NCBI GenBank assembly: GCA_038227875.1 | Contig: JBBRPR010000046.1 | Span: forward strand, 1 to 64,000 | Direction: 5' to 3' | Length of the DNA: 64,000 bases | DNA from: Planctomycetota bacterium | Lineage (GTDB): Bacteria; Planctomycetota; SZUA-567; H5-PLA8 | Part shown: positions 31,879 to 42,690 of the stretch, in pieces | Numbering within the stretch: the stretch's first letter is position 1 | How the letters are laid out: every line of letters begins with the position of its first letter | Notes under the pieces: generated by a model | The model's database searches: none | What the model was told of the DNA's origin: nothing | The model's input: the letters and a program-made list of their open reading frames with translations, nothing else | Translations under genes and position numbers: made by a program

Positions 31879-33585
31879 GTGTCAAAACCTCGTAATCACA
31901 GAAATTTCTCTCCGCGCATGGCCTTGGCTACCTTAATGGTCATTGGCGGAACGCAGCTGGCGCTGCACGCTGAGGATGCCGCAAAACCGCGTCTGTTCAA
32001 ACATACACCCCGCTACGTCGGACCCAGTCATCTCGTGAGCGGCCCGGTTGCGCCGCGCGCGGGCGGACTGACCTTTGTTCCAACATTCGACTCGTCGATC
32101 ACGGGCGACAAGAATGCGACTGCCATCCAGGCGACGATCAATGCCGCCTTGACGGAGCTGGCTGCCAACTATTCCGATCCGGTCACCGTGCTGGTCACGT
32201 TTAAGAATGTGAAAACCGGGTTGGGCGCAAGTTCCACGTCGTACACCCAGGTCAGCTACACTGATTTCCTGACGGCGCTGAAAGCCCACGCCAGCACCGC
32301 CAACGATGCGACTGCCTTGTCCCACGTTCCCACCCAGGCAAACAATCCCGTCAACAACGATCCGAATATCACGCTGACACTCCCCAACGCCAGCGCGCTG
32401 GGCTTCTCCGCGGATCCGGGCACCGCGGACAGCACGGTAGAATTGAACATCAGCTTGATGAACATCACCGCGTCCGACTCCGATCCGCAGAAGTATTCCC
32501 TCCGCGAGACGGCGCTGCATGAACTGACCGAAGTGCTCGGCTCGTCGTCGGCGCTGGATTCGGGAACGACCGGCCCGGTCTGTCCGATCGACCTGTTCCG
32601 CTACGATGACAAGGGCAACCGCAGCTACACCCAGTCGCCCACCGCGCTGGCCTTTTTCTCCATCGATGTCGCGACCATGCTGGCGCAGTACAATCAGGAT
32701 AAGAGCGGCGACTTTGGCGACTACTTCAGCGTCAACGGCAACCAAAAGCCCCAGATCCAGGACGCGTTTGGTTCGCCAGGTGTCTCCAATCTGCCATTGG
32801 GTGCGGAACTGATCACGCTGGATGTGGTCGGCTACAAGCGCATCGATGGCTCTGCACCCACCACCGGTGGCGTCACGCCTCCGACACCGACCGCCCCGGT
32901 GATCGCATCCGCGGCAACCTGTAATCCGAATCCGGCCTACATTGGCGGACTGTGCGCGTTGTCGGTGAGCGCCACCGATCCGAATAACTCGCCCATCACC
33001 GTTGGATGGGATTTTGGCGACGGTTCGAAGGGCGCAGGCGCATCCACGTTCCATGCCTACACCACGGGTGGAAAGTACACCGCCACCGCGACGGTGATGG
33101 ACGGTCTGGGACTTTCCACGACCAGCAGCGTTCTGGTCGATGTCAGTCTGACCATGATCAAGGCCGGCAGTGTGAAGCAGTCCTTCACGCTGAACTTCAA
33201 GTTTCCGAACAACGACGGCGGTGCCTCCAGCGGCAAGGACAAATTCGACATCACCCTGCAAAACGATGCCTTCACCACGTCGGCCGACGGCACCGACATT
33301 CAATTCATAATCGGCAACAACGTGATCGATCAGGGTACGCTCGATCGCAACAAGGCCTTTGGCGACGTCGGCAAGTTCACGGTGAATGTCCGCACGGGAA
33401 CCATCCGCTACACGACGACGAAGGCGGCGCTGCAGTTCATGCTGAGCAACTTTGGTGCTGTCAACGACACCGTCAGCACCAGTCTGCAGCTTCCGATTTC
33501 ATTCTCGTTCAACAATGCCATCTACGGCGACACGTACAATTTCTCGTACTTCAGCACAGCCGGCAGAATGGGTAAAGGCAAATAG
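31879..33585 (+). CDS. secreted NF038122-like metalloprotease with PKD domain
   Basis: signal peptide; TFDSSIT, ALHELTEVLG, DLFRY, FSID, DFGD, LDVVGY; WDFGDG...HAYTTGGKYTATATV (PKD). Confidence 0.8.
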   Translation: MSKPRNHRNFSPRMALATLMVIGGTQLALHAEDAAKPRLFKHTPRYVGPSHLVSGPVAPRAGGLTFVPTFDSSITGDKNATAIQATINAALTELAANYSDPVTVLVTFKNVKTGLGASSTSYTQVSYTDFLTALKAHASTANDATALSHVPTQANNPVNNDPNITLTLPNASALGFSADPGTADSTVELNISLMNITASDSDPQKYSLRETALHELTEVLGSSSALDSGTTGPVCPIDLFRYDDKGNRSYTQSPTALAFFSIDVATMLAQYNQDKSGDFGDYFSVNGNQKPQIQDAFGSPGVSNLPLGAELITLDVVGYKRIDGSAPTTGGVTPPTPTAPVIASAATCNPNPAYIGGLCALSVSATDPNNSPITVGWDFGDGSKGAGASTFHAYTTGGKYTATATVMDGLGLSTTSSVLVDVSLTMIKAGSVKQSFTLNFKFPNNDGGASSGKDKFDITLQNDAFTTSADGTDIQFIIGNNVIDQGTLDRNKAFGDVGKFTVNVRTGTIRYTTTKAALQFMLSNFGAVNDTVSTSLQLPISFSFNNAIYGDTYNFSYFSTAGRMGKGK

Positions 33586-33613
33586 TCCGGCTGAATAATC
33601 CGAAGCTGTAAAA

Positions 33614-33648
33614 CGGGAGGGGCGATCATCGCCCCTCCCGATTTTTTT
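33614..33648. terminator. bidirectional intrinsic terminator
   Basis: CGGGAGGGGCGAT-C-ATCGCCCCTCCCG then a T-run. Confidence 0.85.
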
Positions 33649-33685
33649 GCCGCAGGCGTGTCCCGCGCGACCGGATCAACTTCAG

Positions 33686-36600
33686 CTATTCCTTTTTCTG
33701 CTCCATGACTTCGCGAATTTTGCGCGTCAGGCTGGCCGACGTAAAGGGCTTCTGGATAAACGCCAGACCGGCATCCAGCGTGCCATGGCGCACAATGGCG
33801 TGGTCCGTGTATCCCGACGCGAAGAGCACCTTGATGTCCGGGGCTTGTGCCTTGATGCGCACCGCCAGTTCCGGTCCACTCATTCCCGGCATGACCACAT
33901 CACTTAAGAGCAGATCGACGCCCTTGTTTTCGCTGAACAACTTCAGTGCCTCGTCACCGTTCCCAGCGGCGAGGACCGTGTATCCGCTGTTGCTCAGAAT
34001 GTCTCGCATTAAGTCCCGGACATATTCTTCGTCTTCCACAACCAGAATCACACCATGTCCGAAGGTTATGCGAGGATCCACGCTGGTTGAGGACCGCGCC
34101 AGCTCTTCCTCGGTTCGCGGAAGATAGATCTTGAACGTCGTACCTTTACCGACCTCGCTATAAACCTGAATATGTCCGTTGCTCTGTTTCACCACGCCGA
34201 ACACCATCGCCAGACCCAGGCCGGTGCCCTGGCCCCGCGGCTTGGTGGTATAGAACGGTTCGAAGATCCGGGTCTTGACCACCGAGTCCATGCCATGACC
34301 CGTGTCACTGACGGCCAGCAACACGTGCGGTCCGGGCTTCAGCTCCGGCCGGGTCGCGCAGAATTCTTCACTGAGTTCCACATTGGCGGTTTCCAGCGTG
34401 ACCTTCCCGCCGTCGGGCATGGCATCGCGCGCGTTAACCATCAGGTTCACAATGACCTGTTCAATTTGTCCGGGATCCACCTTTACGCGCATCAACTTCG
34501 GATCGAGTTTGGTCGAAATGTCGATATCTTCGCGGACCATCCGCCGCAGCATCATGTCCATATCCATCACGACGGTATTGAGATCCAGCACCACCGGCTG
34601 CAGCACCTGCTGGCGGCTGAAGGCCAGCAGCTGCCGGGTCAGTCCCGCGGCGCGTTCGCCGGTTTTGAAAATGAGCTCCAGGTCACGGCGTGTTTTGTCT
34701 TCGGGTTCGAAGCGATCCATGGCGATCTGACTGCGACCGTTGATCACCGTGAGCAGGTTGTTGAAATCGTGCGCCACGCCGCCGGCCAGCTGCCCGACAA
34801 CTTCCATCTTCTGAGCCTGGCGTAGTTGCGCCTCCAGCTTGACGCGCTCGGAGATGTCACGAATGTTGCATTGGATCACCTTCTTGTTGCCCACTGCGTA
34901 ACTGTTGCTGACGAACTCCACCGCGATCTGGCGCCCGTCCTTGGTCTTCAGCGGCATGTTTTCAAAACGGATGTATTCCTTGATCTGAAGTTCGATGAAC
35001 GCGGCCTTGGAGGCCACGATCTTCTCAAACACCCCGATTTCCCACAGCTCCTTCCCCAGCACCTCGTCCAGCGTATAGCCCAGCAAATTCATCAGATACG
35101 GATTGCAGTCCGTAATCTTGCCGCTGAAAGCGTTGAGGATCAGGATGCCATCCTTCGCCGCTTCGAAAAGGCGGCGGAACTGTGCTTCCTTTTCCGAGAT
35201 GGCAAACTCCGCCAGTTTGCGTTCGGAGATTTCCTGTACCGCGCCGTAAAAGTTCAAGGCCTCCCCTGCCGCGTTGCCCGCCACTCTCCCGCGTGCCTGC
35301 AACCAACGGAACGTTCCATCCTTCTGCCAGACCCGGTACTCAATGTCGTACGTCCCGCAGGTGTCGATCGCACGCTTCAACGCCGCGCCAACTCCGGGCT
35401 GGTCGTTCTCATGAATGGCTTGAAGGTAGGCTTGGGCGGGCAATCCCTTCTCCGCCATTTTCGCATCGAGGGAAAACATGCGCGCCGTGAAGCTGTCCGC
35501 GATCAGGTTGTCGTGAACGATATCCCAACTCCACGTCCCAATCGCGCCCGCTGCGAGTGCCGACGAGAGCCGCACTTGCGCGTCAAGCAGTTCCGCTTCG
35601 TGCTGCTTGCGCATCGAGATGTCGCGCACCGCCATCACGATATAGTTGCGGTCGAGCGGTACCCACTTCGCGCTGTATTCCACTGGAAACGTCGTACCGT
35701 CCTTACGCCGATGGAGTCCTTCGCCACTGATGGATCCGGCCGCGCGCAAGGCGTCGATCTTTTGCGGCCAGTTCACGGCGGTGATAGAGGGATCGACGTC
35801 GCTCAAGCGCAGCCTCAGGAATTCAGTACGGGTGTACCCCAGTTCAACGCAACCCTTGTCGTTGACATCCAGAAACCGTCCCGTCTGCGCGTCGATGACT
35901 TCAAACGTGTCGTTGGACTGGTCGACCAGTGTGCGGAACAGGCGCAGCGCCGCCTCGCCTTTTTTGCGATCCGTGACGTCGCGCGCCACTTTCGATGCGC
36001 CAATCACGTTGCCTTCGGCGTCTTTGAGCGGCGAGGCGGTAACGGAAACGTCAATCCGCGCACCGGATTTGGTCTGACGCTCCGTTTCGAAATGTTCCAC
36101 GCTTTTACCGGACCTGATCTTCTCCAGAATATGCGTCTCCTCGTCTGCGCGCTCGGGAGGAATCAGACGCATGATGGAAAAACCGACCATTTCGCTTGCC
36201 GTATATCCAAATATCTTTTCAGCGCCCCTGTTCCAACTGGTTACAATGCCGTTCAAGTCTTTGCTGATAATGGCGTCTTCGGACGATTCGACGATGCTGG
36301 CCATTTGCCTGCGCACGGTTTCCGCCAATTCCCGGCGGACATCCACACGATGAAGGATCACGGCGTTAAACCAGACCAGCGCGCCAAAGATCAGGGTATC
36401 TGAGAGAATGAACAGCCACGACGCCGACTCGGCGTCCACCCAGCCGCTGGCGGTGAAACGCGATTCCACCCAGTTCATCAGAAGTGGGCCGAGCAACATG
36501 GGCAGCAACAAGCGCCGGGCAATCAAGCCTCCGGAACTGTTGCTCACCAGCAACGCCATCAACCCGCCATCCGTACGCGTACACAGCAACCCCGCCCCCA

Positions 36601-37176
36601 GCAGCACAAAGCAACTCGCTCCGTGAACAGTCAAGGATTCAAAGGCCGAGAGCGTCGCCGAGCCGAAGAAATAGCGTGAAAGTCCCAGCCAGCCGATCAA
36701 CAGCGACGTCAACGTGAGAAATTGAAATGTCCTGAAATAACGCCGGCTTGTCGCCAGCAGCAGGGCGCTGCCGAGCAGCAGCCGATTCAGCGCACCAGCC
36801 ATTCCCAGTCGTGTTGGAGACGCGACAGCGCGAGCATCGTAAAAGCCCAGCAGATCCAAACCCAATTTCCATCCGCCCAGGTGTTCCATCCACTTGAGCA
36901 CGCCAATCAGAATTACCAAGCTTGCGCAAATTTGAGAAACACGAACTAATTTCGCATTCCCATCGTTGGCCCTTGCCGGCATGCCAATGATATTCCGGCC
37001 AGAACGTGTCCCGCCGCTGCGAGCGGCGACATATTCGACCAGATGGGCAAGATGCATTTCAGAAACTGAATTCCGAAGCACCATCCCAACAGCACCGCGA
37101 GGCCCACAAGCGTAACAATGTCGCCAGTAGTTCTGGAAATGAGCTGGGGCCAGCGTGGAGGTGTCGAGGTATTCAT
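33686..37176 (-). CDS. membrane multi-PAS hybrid histidine kinase (CckA-like output), N-terminus frameshifted near 36950-36990
   Basis: QAQKMEVVGQLAGGVAHDFNNLL, FYTTKPRGQGTGLGL, C-terminal REC; first TM helices (MNTSTPP...VGLAVLLGW) are in another frame (36946-37176). Confidence 0.85.
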
Positions 37177-37465
37177 CAGTACATCGCTTCTATAAATTGC
37201 CGGCAACAAAACCGACACGATCACATCCAGTATGGCACAGGTCCTATAACCTACACATTTCTTATAGGGCAGTACCGGACGCGATAAAGCCCTAAACTGT
37301 CGAATTGTGGCAGCATTCGCTTGTTTTGGACTTCCACGAAATCACACTGCGCAAATTCTTCCGCGTGAGTTTTCAATTGAGGCCCGAATTTGCTCGACAA
37401 AGGTGGCATGCCGCACTACAAAAACTTGGATAGAAGCAGCATAAATTTCAGCGACGGAGAATACC

Positions 37466-38032
37466 GTGGCCGCCAACCCGAACAGCACGCCCAACACCCC
37501 CAATCCCAACGCGCCGGAACAGCGTTCCAAACGCGCCTACAACTCGATGCTCGAGATCCGCAACAGCCTCTACCGCCGCCTCGTCGACTACGTGCTCACC
37601 AATGAAAACCGGCTCATGGACGAAGTCTCCGGCGAAGACACCTACAGCTTCACGCTGCAGCAGCTCGACGAACAGTTTCTTAACAAGCTCAACGTGGTCG
37701 AACGCGCCGTCGGCGAACTGACGCGCTGCGAAAACCGCGACGGGCAGATGACCACCACCACTTACGAAGCCGTCGAAATCATCGCCAAGCGCCACGAGCT
37801 GCCGCAGAAAGTCGCCGACGCGCTGGCCGAGCATGGCGATTCCGATTTCCTCGACCTGTGCGTACTCCGCGCCGACGACAAGCAGGCGGAAGTGCTGCTG
37901 GTGATGGCCCGCGAAGACAACGGCCCCGCTCCGAAAAATGCCGCCCGTCCCGAACGCCTCGAACATGGCGAACAGGAACAGGGCGAGCAGGGCGAAGATG
38001 GCTCGACGGGCCCGGACACCAACGCGACCTGA
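37466..38032 (+). CDS. hypothetical protein upstream of hemB
   Basis: GGAG RBS + GTG; host-like codon pattern. Confidence 0.7.
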   Translation: MAANPNSTPNTPNPNAPEQRSKRAYNSMLEIRNSLYRRLVDYVLTNENRLMDEVSGEDTYSFTLQQLDEQFLNKLNVVERAVGELTRCENRDGQMTTTTYEAVEIIAKRHELPQKVADALAEHGDSDFLDLCVLRADDKQAEVLLVMAREDNGPAPKNAARPERLEHGEQEQGEQGEDGSTGPDTNAT

Positions 38033-38053
38033 TCGCGTTGAATCCCCCAGCCC

Positions 38054-39037
38054 ATGGCCTTTCCGCTCCATCGCTCGCGCCGCCTGAGAACTTCTGAAGC
38101 CCTCCGCCGTCTCGTGCGCGAGACGCGGTTGTCGGCTGGCGATTTCATCTCCCCGATATTTCTCTGCGACGGCGAAAAAGTCCGGCGCGAAGTCCCGTCG
38201 ATGCCCGGCGTCTTTAATCTCTCCGTCGACGAAGCGGTACTGGAAGCCGTGCAGCTTCGCGAGCTCGGCATCCCCGCGGTGCTGCTCTTTGGCGTGCCGC
38301 CGAAAAATCGCAAGGACGCACACGGCTCCGAAGCATGGGCCGAGACCGGCCTGGTGCAGCGCGGACTGGCGGCGATCAAAAAGCGCGTGCCGGAATTGTG
38401 CCTCGTCGCCGATACCTGTTTCTGCGAATACACCGACCACGGCCACTGCGGCGTGCTCAACGAAAAACGCGAAGTCGAAAACGATCCGACACTCGAACAC
38501 CTCGCCTTGACGGCCGTCTCGCAAGCGCGCGCCGGAGCGGACATCATCGCGCCCTCTGCAATGATGGACGGCATGGTTACCGCGATCCGCAAGGGACTCG
38601 ACACGAACGGATTCGGCAACACTGCCATTCTCGCCTACAGCGTGAAGTACGCGTCGGCGTTCTACGGCCCGTTCCGGGACGCCGCCGATTCGGCGCCGGC
38701 CTTCGGCGACCGTCGGCAGTACCAGATGGATTACCACAACGTCCGCGAAGGCCTGCGCGAAGCACGCTACGACAGCGACGAAGGCGCCGACATCCTGATG
38801 GTCAAGCCCGCCTTGTCGTACCTCGACGTCATCCGCCAGGTTCGCGATCAGTGCGACCTGCCGCTCTGCGCGTACAATGTCTCCGGCGAATACAGCATGG
38901 TGAAAGCCGCCGCCCAAGCCGGCTGGATCGACGAAAAGCGCATCGTCCTGGAGATGCTGACCTCGATCAAGCGCGCCGGAGCCGACATGATCATCACCTA
39001 CTGGGCCAAAGACGTCGCACAGTGGTTGAAGGTGTAG
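38054..39037 (+). CDS. hemB: porphobilinogen synthase (Zn-dependent ALAD)
   Basis: [48 protein letters not shown]. Confidence 0.97.
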   Translation: MAFPLHRSRRLRTSEALRRLVRETRLSAGDFISPIFLCDGEKVRREVPSMPGVFNLSVDEAVLEAVQLRELGIPAVLLFGVPPKNRKDAHGSEAWAETGLVQRGLAAIKKRVPELCLVADTCFCEYTDHGHCGVLNEKREVENDPTLEHLALTAVSQARAGADIIAPSAMMDGMVTAIRKGLDTNGFGNTAILAYSVKYASAFYGPFRDAADSAPAFGDRRQYQMDYHNVREGLREARYDSDEGADILMVKPALSYLDVIRQVRDQCDLPLCAYNVSGEYSMVKAAAQAGWIDEKRIVLEMLTSIKRAGADMIITYWAKDVAQWLKV

Positions 39038-39073
39038 TTTTCCTCTCCCCTTTCCTTAAGAGGAGCAACAGAA

Positions 39074-39934
39074 ATGCTCATCGACTCCCACCAGCACACC
39101 AACTGGCACGGTAAAGGCTGCGACGCGGTCGTCGCCGACATGGACCAGGCGGGCATCGACGTCTCGTGGCTGCTGTCGTGGGAAGTTCCGGATAACGAAT
39201 ACGATCAGTCGTATCAGCAAGTCTTCGATCCACGCAATGTCGGCATGCCGTTCACCGACATCATTCATGCGTGCGAACGCCATCCGACGCGCTTCATCGC
39301 CGGTTACGCACCCGACCCGCGCCGGCCCGACGCGCTGGAACGCCTCGAAGCGGCCGTGAAGATGCATCAGGTCCGCGTCTACGGCGAATTGAAATTACGC
39401 GTGCTCTTCGACGACCCCGATTGCATCGCCATGTTCCGCAAGTGCGGCGAATTCAAGCTGCCGATCGTCTTCCATATCGACATCCCGCTGAAAGTGCGCC
39501 CGAAGCCGCCGAGCCGCGATTACTGGTACTGCGTCGACATCGACCGTCTGGAAACGGTGCTGAAGCTCTGCCCCGAAACCATTTTCATCGGCCACGCACC
39601 CGGCTTCTGGCGCCACATTTCCGGCGACGGCTACACCGCCGAATCCGCGTACCCGAAGAGCGAAGTCACGCCCGGCGGCCGCGTGCAGCAGTTGCTGGTG
39701 AAGTATCCGAATCTCTACGCCGACCTGAGCGCCGGCTCAGGTCTCACCGCCATCAGCCGCCCGCCGCAGGGCCACGGCCGCACATTCCTGACGGAGTTCC
39801 AGGACAAGCTGCTCTTCGGCCGCGACTGCTTCGACAACCGCCTGATGGATTTTCTAAAAACGCAAGACCTGCCCAAAGAGGCGTGGGATAAGATCACGCA
39901 TCAGAATGCGCAGAAGATCGTGCGGCCGCTTTAA
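39074..39934 (+). CDS. amidohydrolase_2 family metal-dependent hydrolase
   Basis: IDSHQH, GELK, PIVFH, IGHAPG, NLYADLS, LLFGRD. Confidence 0.85.
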   Translation: MLIDSHQHTNWHGKGCDAVVADMDQAGIDVSWLLSWEVPDNEYDQSYQQVFDPRNVGMPFTDIIHACERHPTRFIAGYAPDPRRPDALERLEAAVKMHQVRVYGELKLRVLFDDPDCIAMFRKCGEFKLPIVFHIDIPLKVRPKPPSRDYWYCVDIDRLETVLKLCPETIFIGHAPGFWRHISGDGYTAESAYPKSEVTPGGRVQQLLVKYPNLYADLSAGSGLTAISRPPQGHGRTFLTEFQDKLLFGRDCFDNRLMDFLKTQDLPKEAWDKITHQNAQKIVRPL

Positions 39935-39999
39935 ACAAGCGACTTGGTGAGGTGACGAGTACGAACTATTGAATGGGGCTTCTTACATCAGGAAAAAAT

Positions 40000-40398
40000 A
40001 TGGAAACTGCAGTCCCGGTCGAAACTAATCCGGTTGAACCTTCTTCGAAAACCTATCGCGACGGCATCGTTGATACCGTCACCGTCGTCTCGATCTGCGC
40101 GTTGCTTAACGACGCTTACGACATCTGGTTCGTGATTCCAAAGTTCACTGACGTCTTTAAATCGTTTCGCGTGGAACTTCCTCCGCTCACACGGTTTTTT
40201 CTATTTCTATCGCACAGCACATCGCTCGTGTTCATCTTTCTGGGTGCAGGCATTCTTTTGCTGGAGTTCGTCCGAAGAACTCACTCACGTCGCTGGGCGT
40301 TCGCCGTAATGATTTTAGTACTCGCGATGGGACCGCTTTCCACCCAATCCGTCTTCCTTCCCATTTATAAAATACAGGATCAACTGCGACAGAAATAA
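40000..40398 (+). CDS. small membrane protein resembling PilC/GspF TM segments
   Basis: FVIPKFTDVFKSFRVELPPLTRF...VFLPIYKI. Confidence 0.5.
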   Translation: METAVPVETNPVEPSSKTYRDGIVDTVTVVSICALLNDAYDIWFVIPKFTDVFKSFRVELPPLTRFFLFLSHSTSLVFIFLGAGILLLEFVRRTHSRRWAFAVMILVLAMGPLSTQSVFLPIYKIQDQLRQK

Positions 40399-40498
40399 GC
40401 AAATGCGCCGATCGCAAACTCGGGCGCACTCCGCCACACACGTTCGCCCACCTCTGACCCTTGGCCCCTGACCCCTCGCGCGTCAGCGCGCTGCGCCG

Positions 40499-41272
40499 CT
40501 AGTTGCCGCCGAGCTGGCTGATCCCGCTGTTGTCCTGAATCCGATGCACCAGATGCTTGGGCGGCGCTTTGCCGTCGGCCGGCTTGTCGGGCGGCAGCAC
40601 GCCGACGGACGTCCGGATCGCCTCGGCCACGTAGTCGTCAATGAAGGCAGCGCCTTCCAGCCCCGAATACGGATCGCGCATGTGGCGGATCGACTCGCAG
40701 CAGCTCGCGTAGAGGTCGACGACGCTACTGGTATGAGCCTGATTGAATTTAAACGCGCCGTCGACGATCACCTTCAGCCACGTCGCTTGGGTCGACGGGC
40801 TGCGCATCAGCTGCGCCATCTCCGGCGACATCTTGGGGTACTTCTCGAGCGCCTTCTCGGTGCCGGCCTTGATTTTCTCGCGCGCTTCCCGCTTCGCGTC
40901 GTCTAAATCCGTCAGCAGTTTGCGGCGCAATTCGGGCGTGGCGTCCAGCAAGGTCTTGGGACGCGCCGGGTCCGCGCCCTCGCCCGGAGCAGACTTCGCT
41001 GCGGCGACCGCGGGTTTTGCGTCCGTCTTTTTTCCGGCGCTGGCTTGAAGTTCCCGCCGCACGCCATCGACGCTGATCGCGCGAATCAGCGCGACATCCA
41101 ATTTTAATTCCGCGCCGCCACTGTTGAACGTGATGGCATCCGGCGTTTCCGCGACGAGCTTGCCGTTCATTTTGGAACCGTTGAGCATCTCCAGCTCATC
41201 GGCCGCCCGTGCGTTCCAAAAGATACCACAGCACGCCAGCAACCCCGCGCCCATCAGCCATTTCATAATCAT
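40499..41272 (-). CDS. secreted hypothetical protein
   Basis: signal peptide ending ARA|ADELEMLNGSKMNGKLV. Confidence 0.65.
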   Translation of the reverse strand: MIMKWLMGAGLLACCGIFWNARAADELEMLNGSKMNGKLVAETPDAITFNSGGAELKLDVALIRAISVDGVRRELQASAGKKTDAKPAVAAAKSAPGEGADPARPKTLLDATPELRRKLLTDLDDAKREAREKIKAGTEKALEKYPKMSPEMAQLMRSPSTQATWLKVIVDGAFKFNQAHTSSVVDLYASCCESIRHMRDPYSGLEGAAFIDDYVAEAIRTSVGVLPPDKPADGKAPPKHLVHRIQDNSGISQLGGN

Positions 41273-41359
41273 GCACTCCGCGAGAACCGGTGAATACGAC
41301 TGCAGTTCTGTCGCACAATCCGGCGGAATGCTGCCTGCAAGTTTAAAGAAATTTCAACG

Positions 41360-42511
41360 CTACACGCGTTTCGCGTTGGCGGCCTCGCTGATTTTCTTCA
41401 CGTCCTGGTCGCGGTCCAGGCGGCAGATCAGGATGTCATCGCCGCTCTGCACGACAGCGAGGTTCTCAACGCCAATCAGCGCCACACGCTTTCCCGGCGC
41501 GAAAACGAGATTGCCCTTCGCGTCCAGTGGCAGCACGGTCGTCGCGGGCCCGATGGCGTTTCCGCTGCTGGAATCCACGTGCCCCGCCACGGCGCTCCAC
41601 GAACCGATGTCATCCCAATCGAACTCCGCGACAACCGTGGCGACAACCCTTGCGTGTTCCATGATGCCGAAGTCGATCGACGTTTTCTTCAGCTCGGGAA
41701 AATGCTTTTTCGCGGCGGCCTGCCATTCCGCTCCGCCGGTCGCGGCGGGTCCGCCGGGCAGTGCGGCAAGCGCTTCGATCATCGCCGCATGTCCGGGAAG
41801 TTGCGCTTTGAATTCACCGAGCAGCGTCGACATCTGCCAGAGAAAGATACCGCCGTTCCAGTAGTACTCCTTGGATGAGACATACTGTTCCGCCGTCGCG
41901 CGATCGGGCTTCTCGCGGAATTGTTTGACGTTGTACACGGCCGGTGCGTCCGGCTTGGCGGTCTTCACCGTGACTTTATCGCCGCGCTGAATGTAGCCGT
42001 AGGCGGTCGCGGGATTCCGCGCCACGATGCCGAAGGTCATCATCGCGTTCAACTGACACGCGGCCGCGGCGCCGGTCAGCGCGCTCTGCTGAAAACGATC
42101 AAGCTGCGAAATCACATGATCGCCGGGCAGCACGAACATGACTTGATCGGCGCCCTTGCTCTCCGACGGACGGCGCGCAATCGCCGCCGCCGCGTACGCC
42201 ACCGCGCCAGCGGTGTCGCGGGGTTCGGGCTCGATGAGTAGATTGCTCGCTGGCAATTCCGGCAGCGAGGCACGGATCAGCTCCGCCTGCGCACTGCCGG
42301 CGACGACGAAGCAATCGTTGGCCGAAGCCACGCCGCGCGCGCGTTCCCACGCGCCTTCCAGCAGACTCTGTGGCTGCCCCGCGCTGGGTCCGGAAGAATT
42401 TGTTTTCCCGAACAGCCGCAGATCCCACTTGGGCCGCTCGCGCCCCGACGCCGGCCACAACCGCGACGATGCACCACCCGCCAGAATCACCGGATAGATC
42501 GATAGAGCCAT
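41360..42511 (-). CDS. manC: mannose-1-phosphate guanylyltransferase
   Basis: VILAGG.SSRLWPAS...PK, EPEPRDTA, PGDH, YGYI, FREKP, WNGGIF, SIDFGIME, WDDIGSW. Confidence 0.9.
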   Translation of the reverse strand: MALSIYPVILAGGASSRLWPASGRERPKWDLRLFGKTNSSGPSAGQPQSLLEGAWERARGVASANDCFVVAGSAQAELIRASLPELPASNLLIEPEPRDTAGAVAYAAAAIARRPSESKGADQVMFVLPGDHVISQLDRFQQSALTGAAAACQLNAMMTFGIVARNPATAYGYIQRGDKVTVKTAKPDAPAVYNVKQFREKPDRATAEQYVSSKEYYWNGGIFLWQMSTLLGEFKAQLPGHAAMIEALAALPGGPAATGGAEWQAAAKKHFPELKKTSIDFGIMEHARVVATVVAEFDWDDIGSWSAVAGHVDSSSGNAIGPATTVLPLDAKGNLVFAPGKRVALIGVENLAVVQSGDDILICRLDRDQDVKKISEAANAKRV

Positions 42512-42690
42512 TGTGCACTCCTTCTGTTCAGGAAAGTTCGACCACATGATATCCGCGTAAATTTGATTGAACAGCCGAGTTGCAAAATGGGGATTTTTCA
42601 AGGTGATCCAGTGACCCGGGCGGCGCAATCAGGTAAATGTAAGCTCATCCGTTTGTTCACCGTCCGCACGGTGGAACTGGGCGCTGGGAA

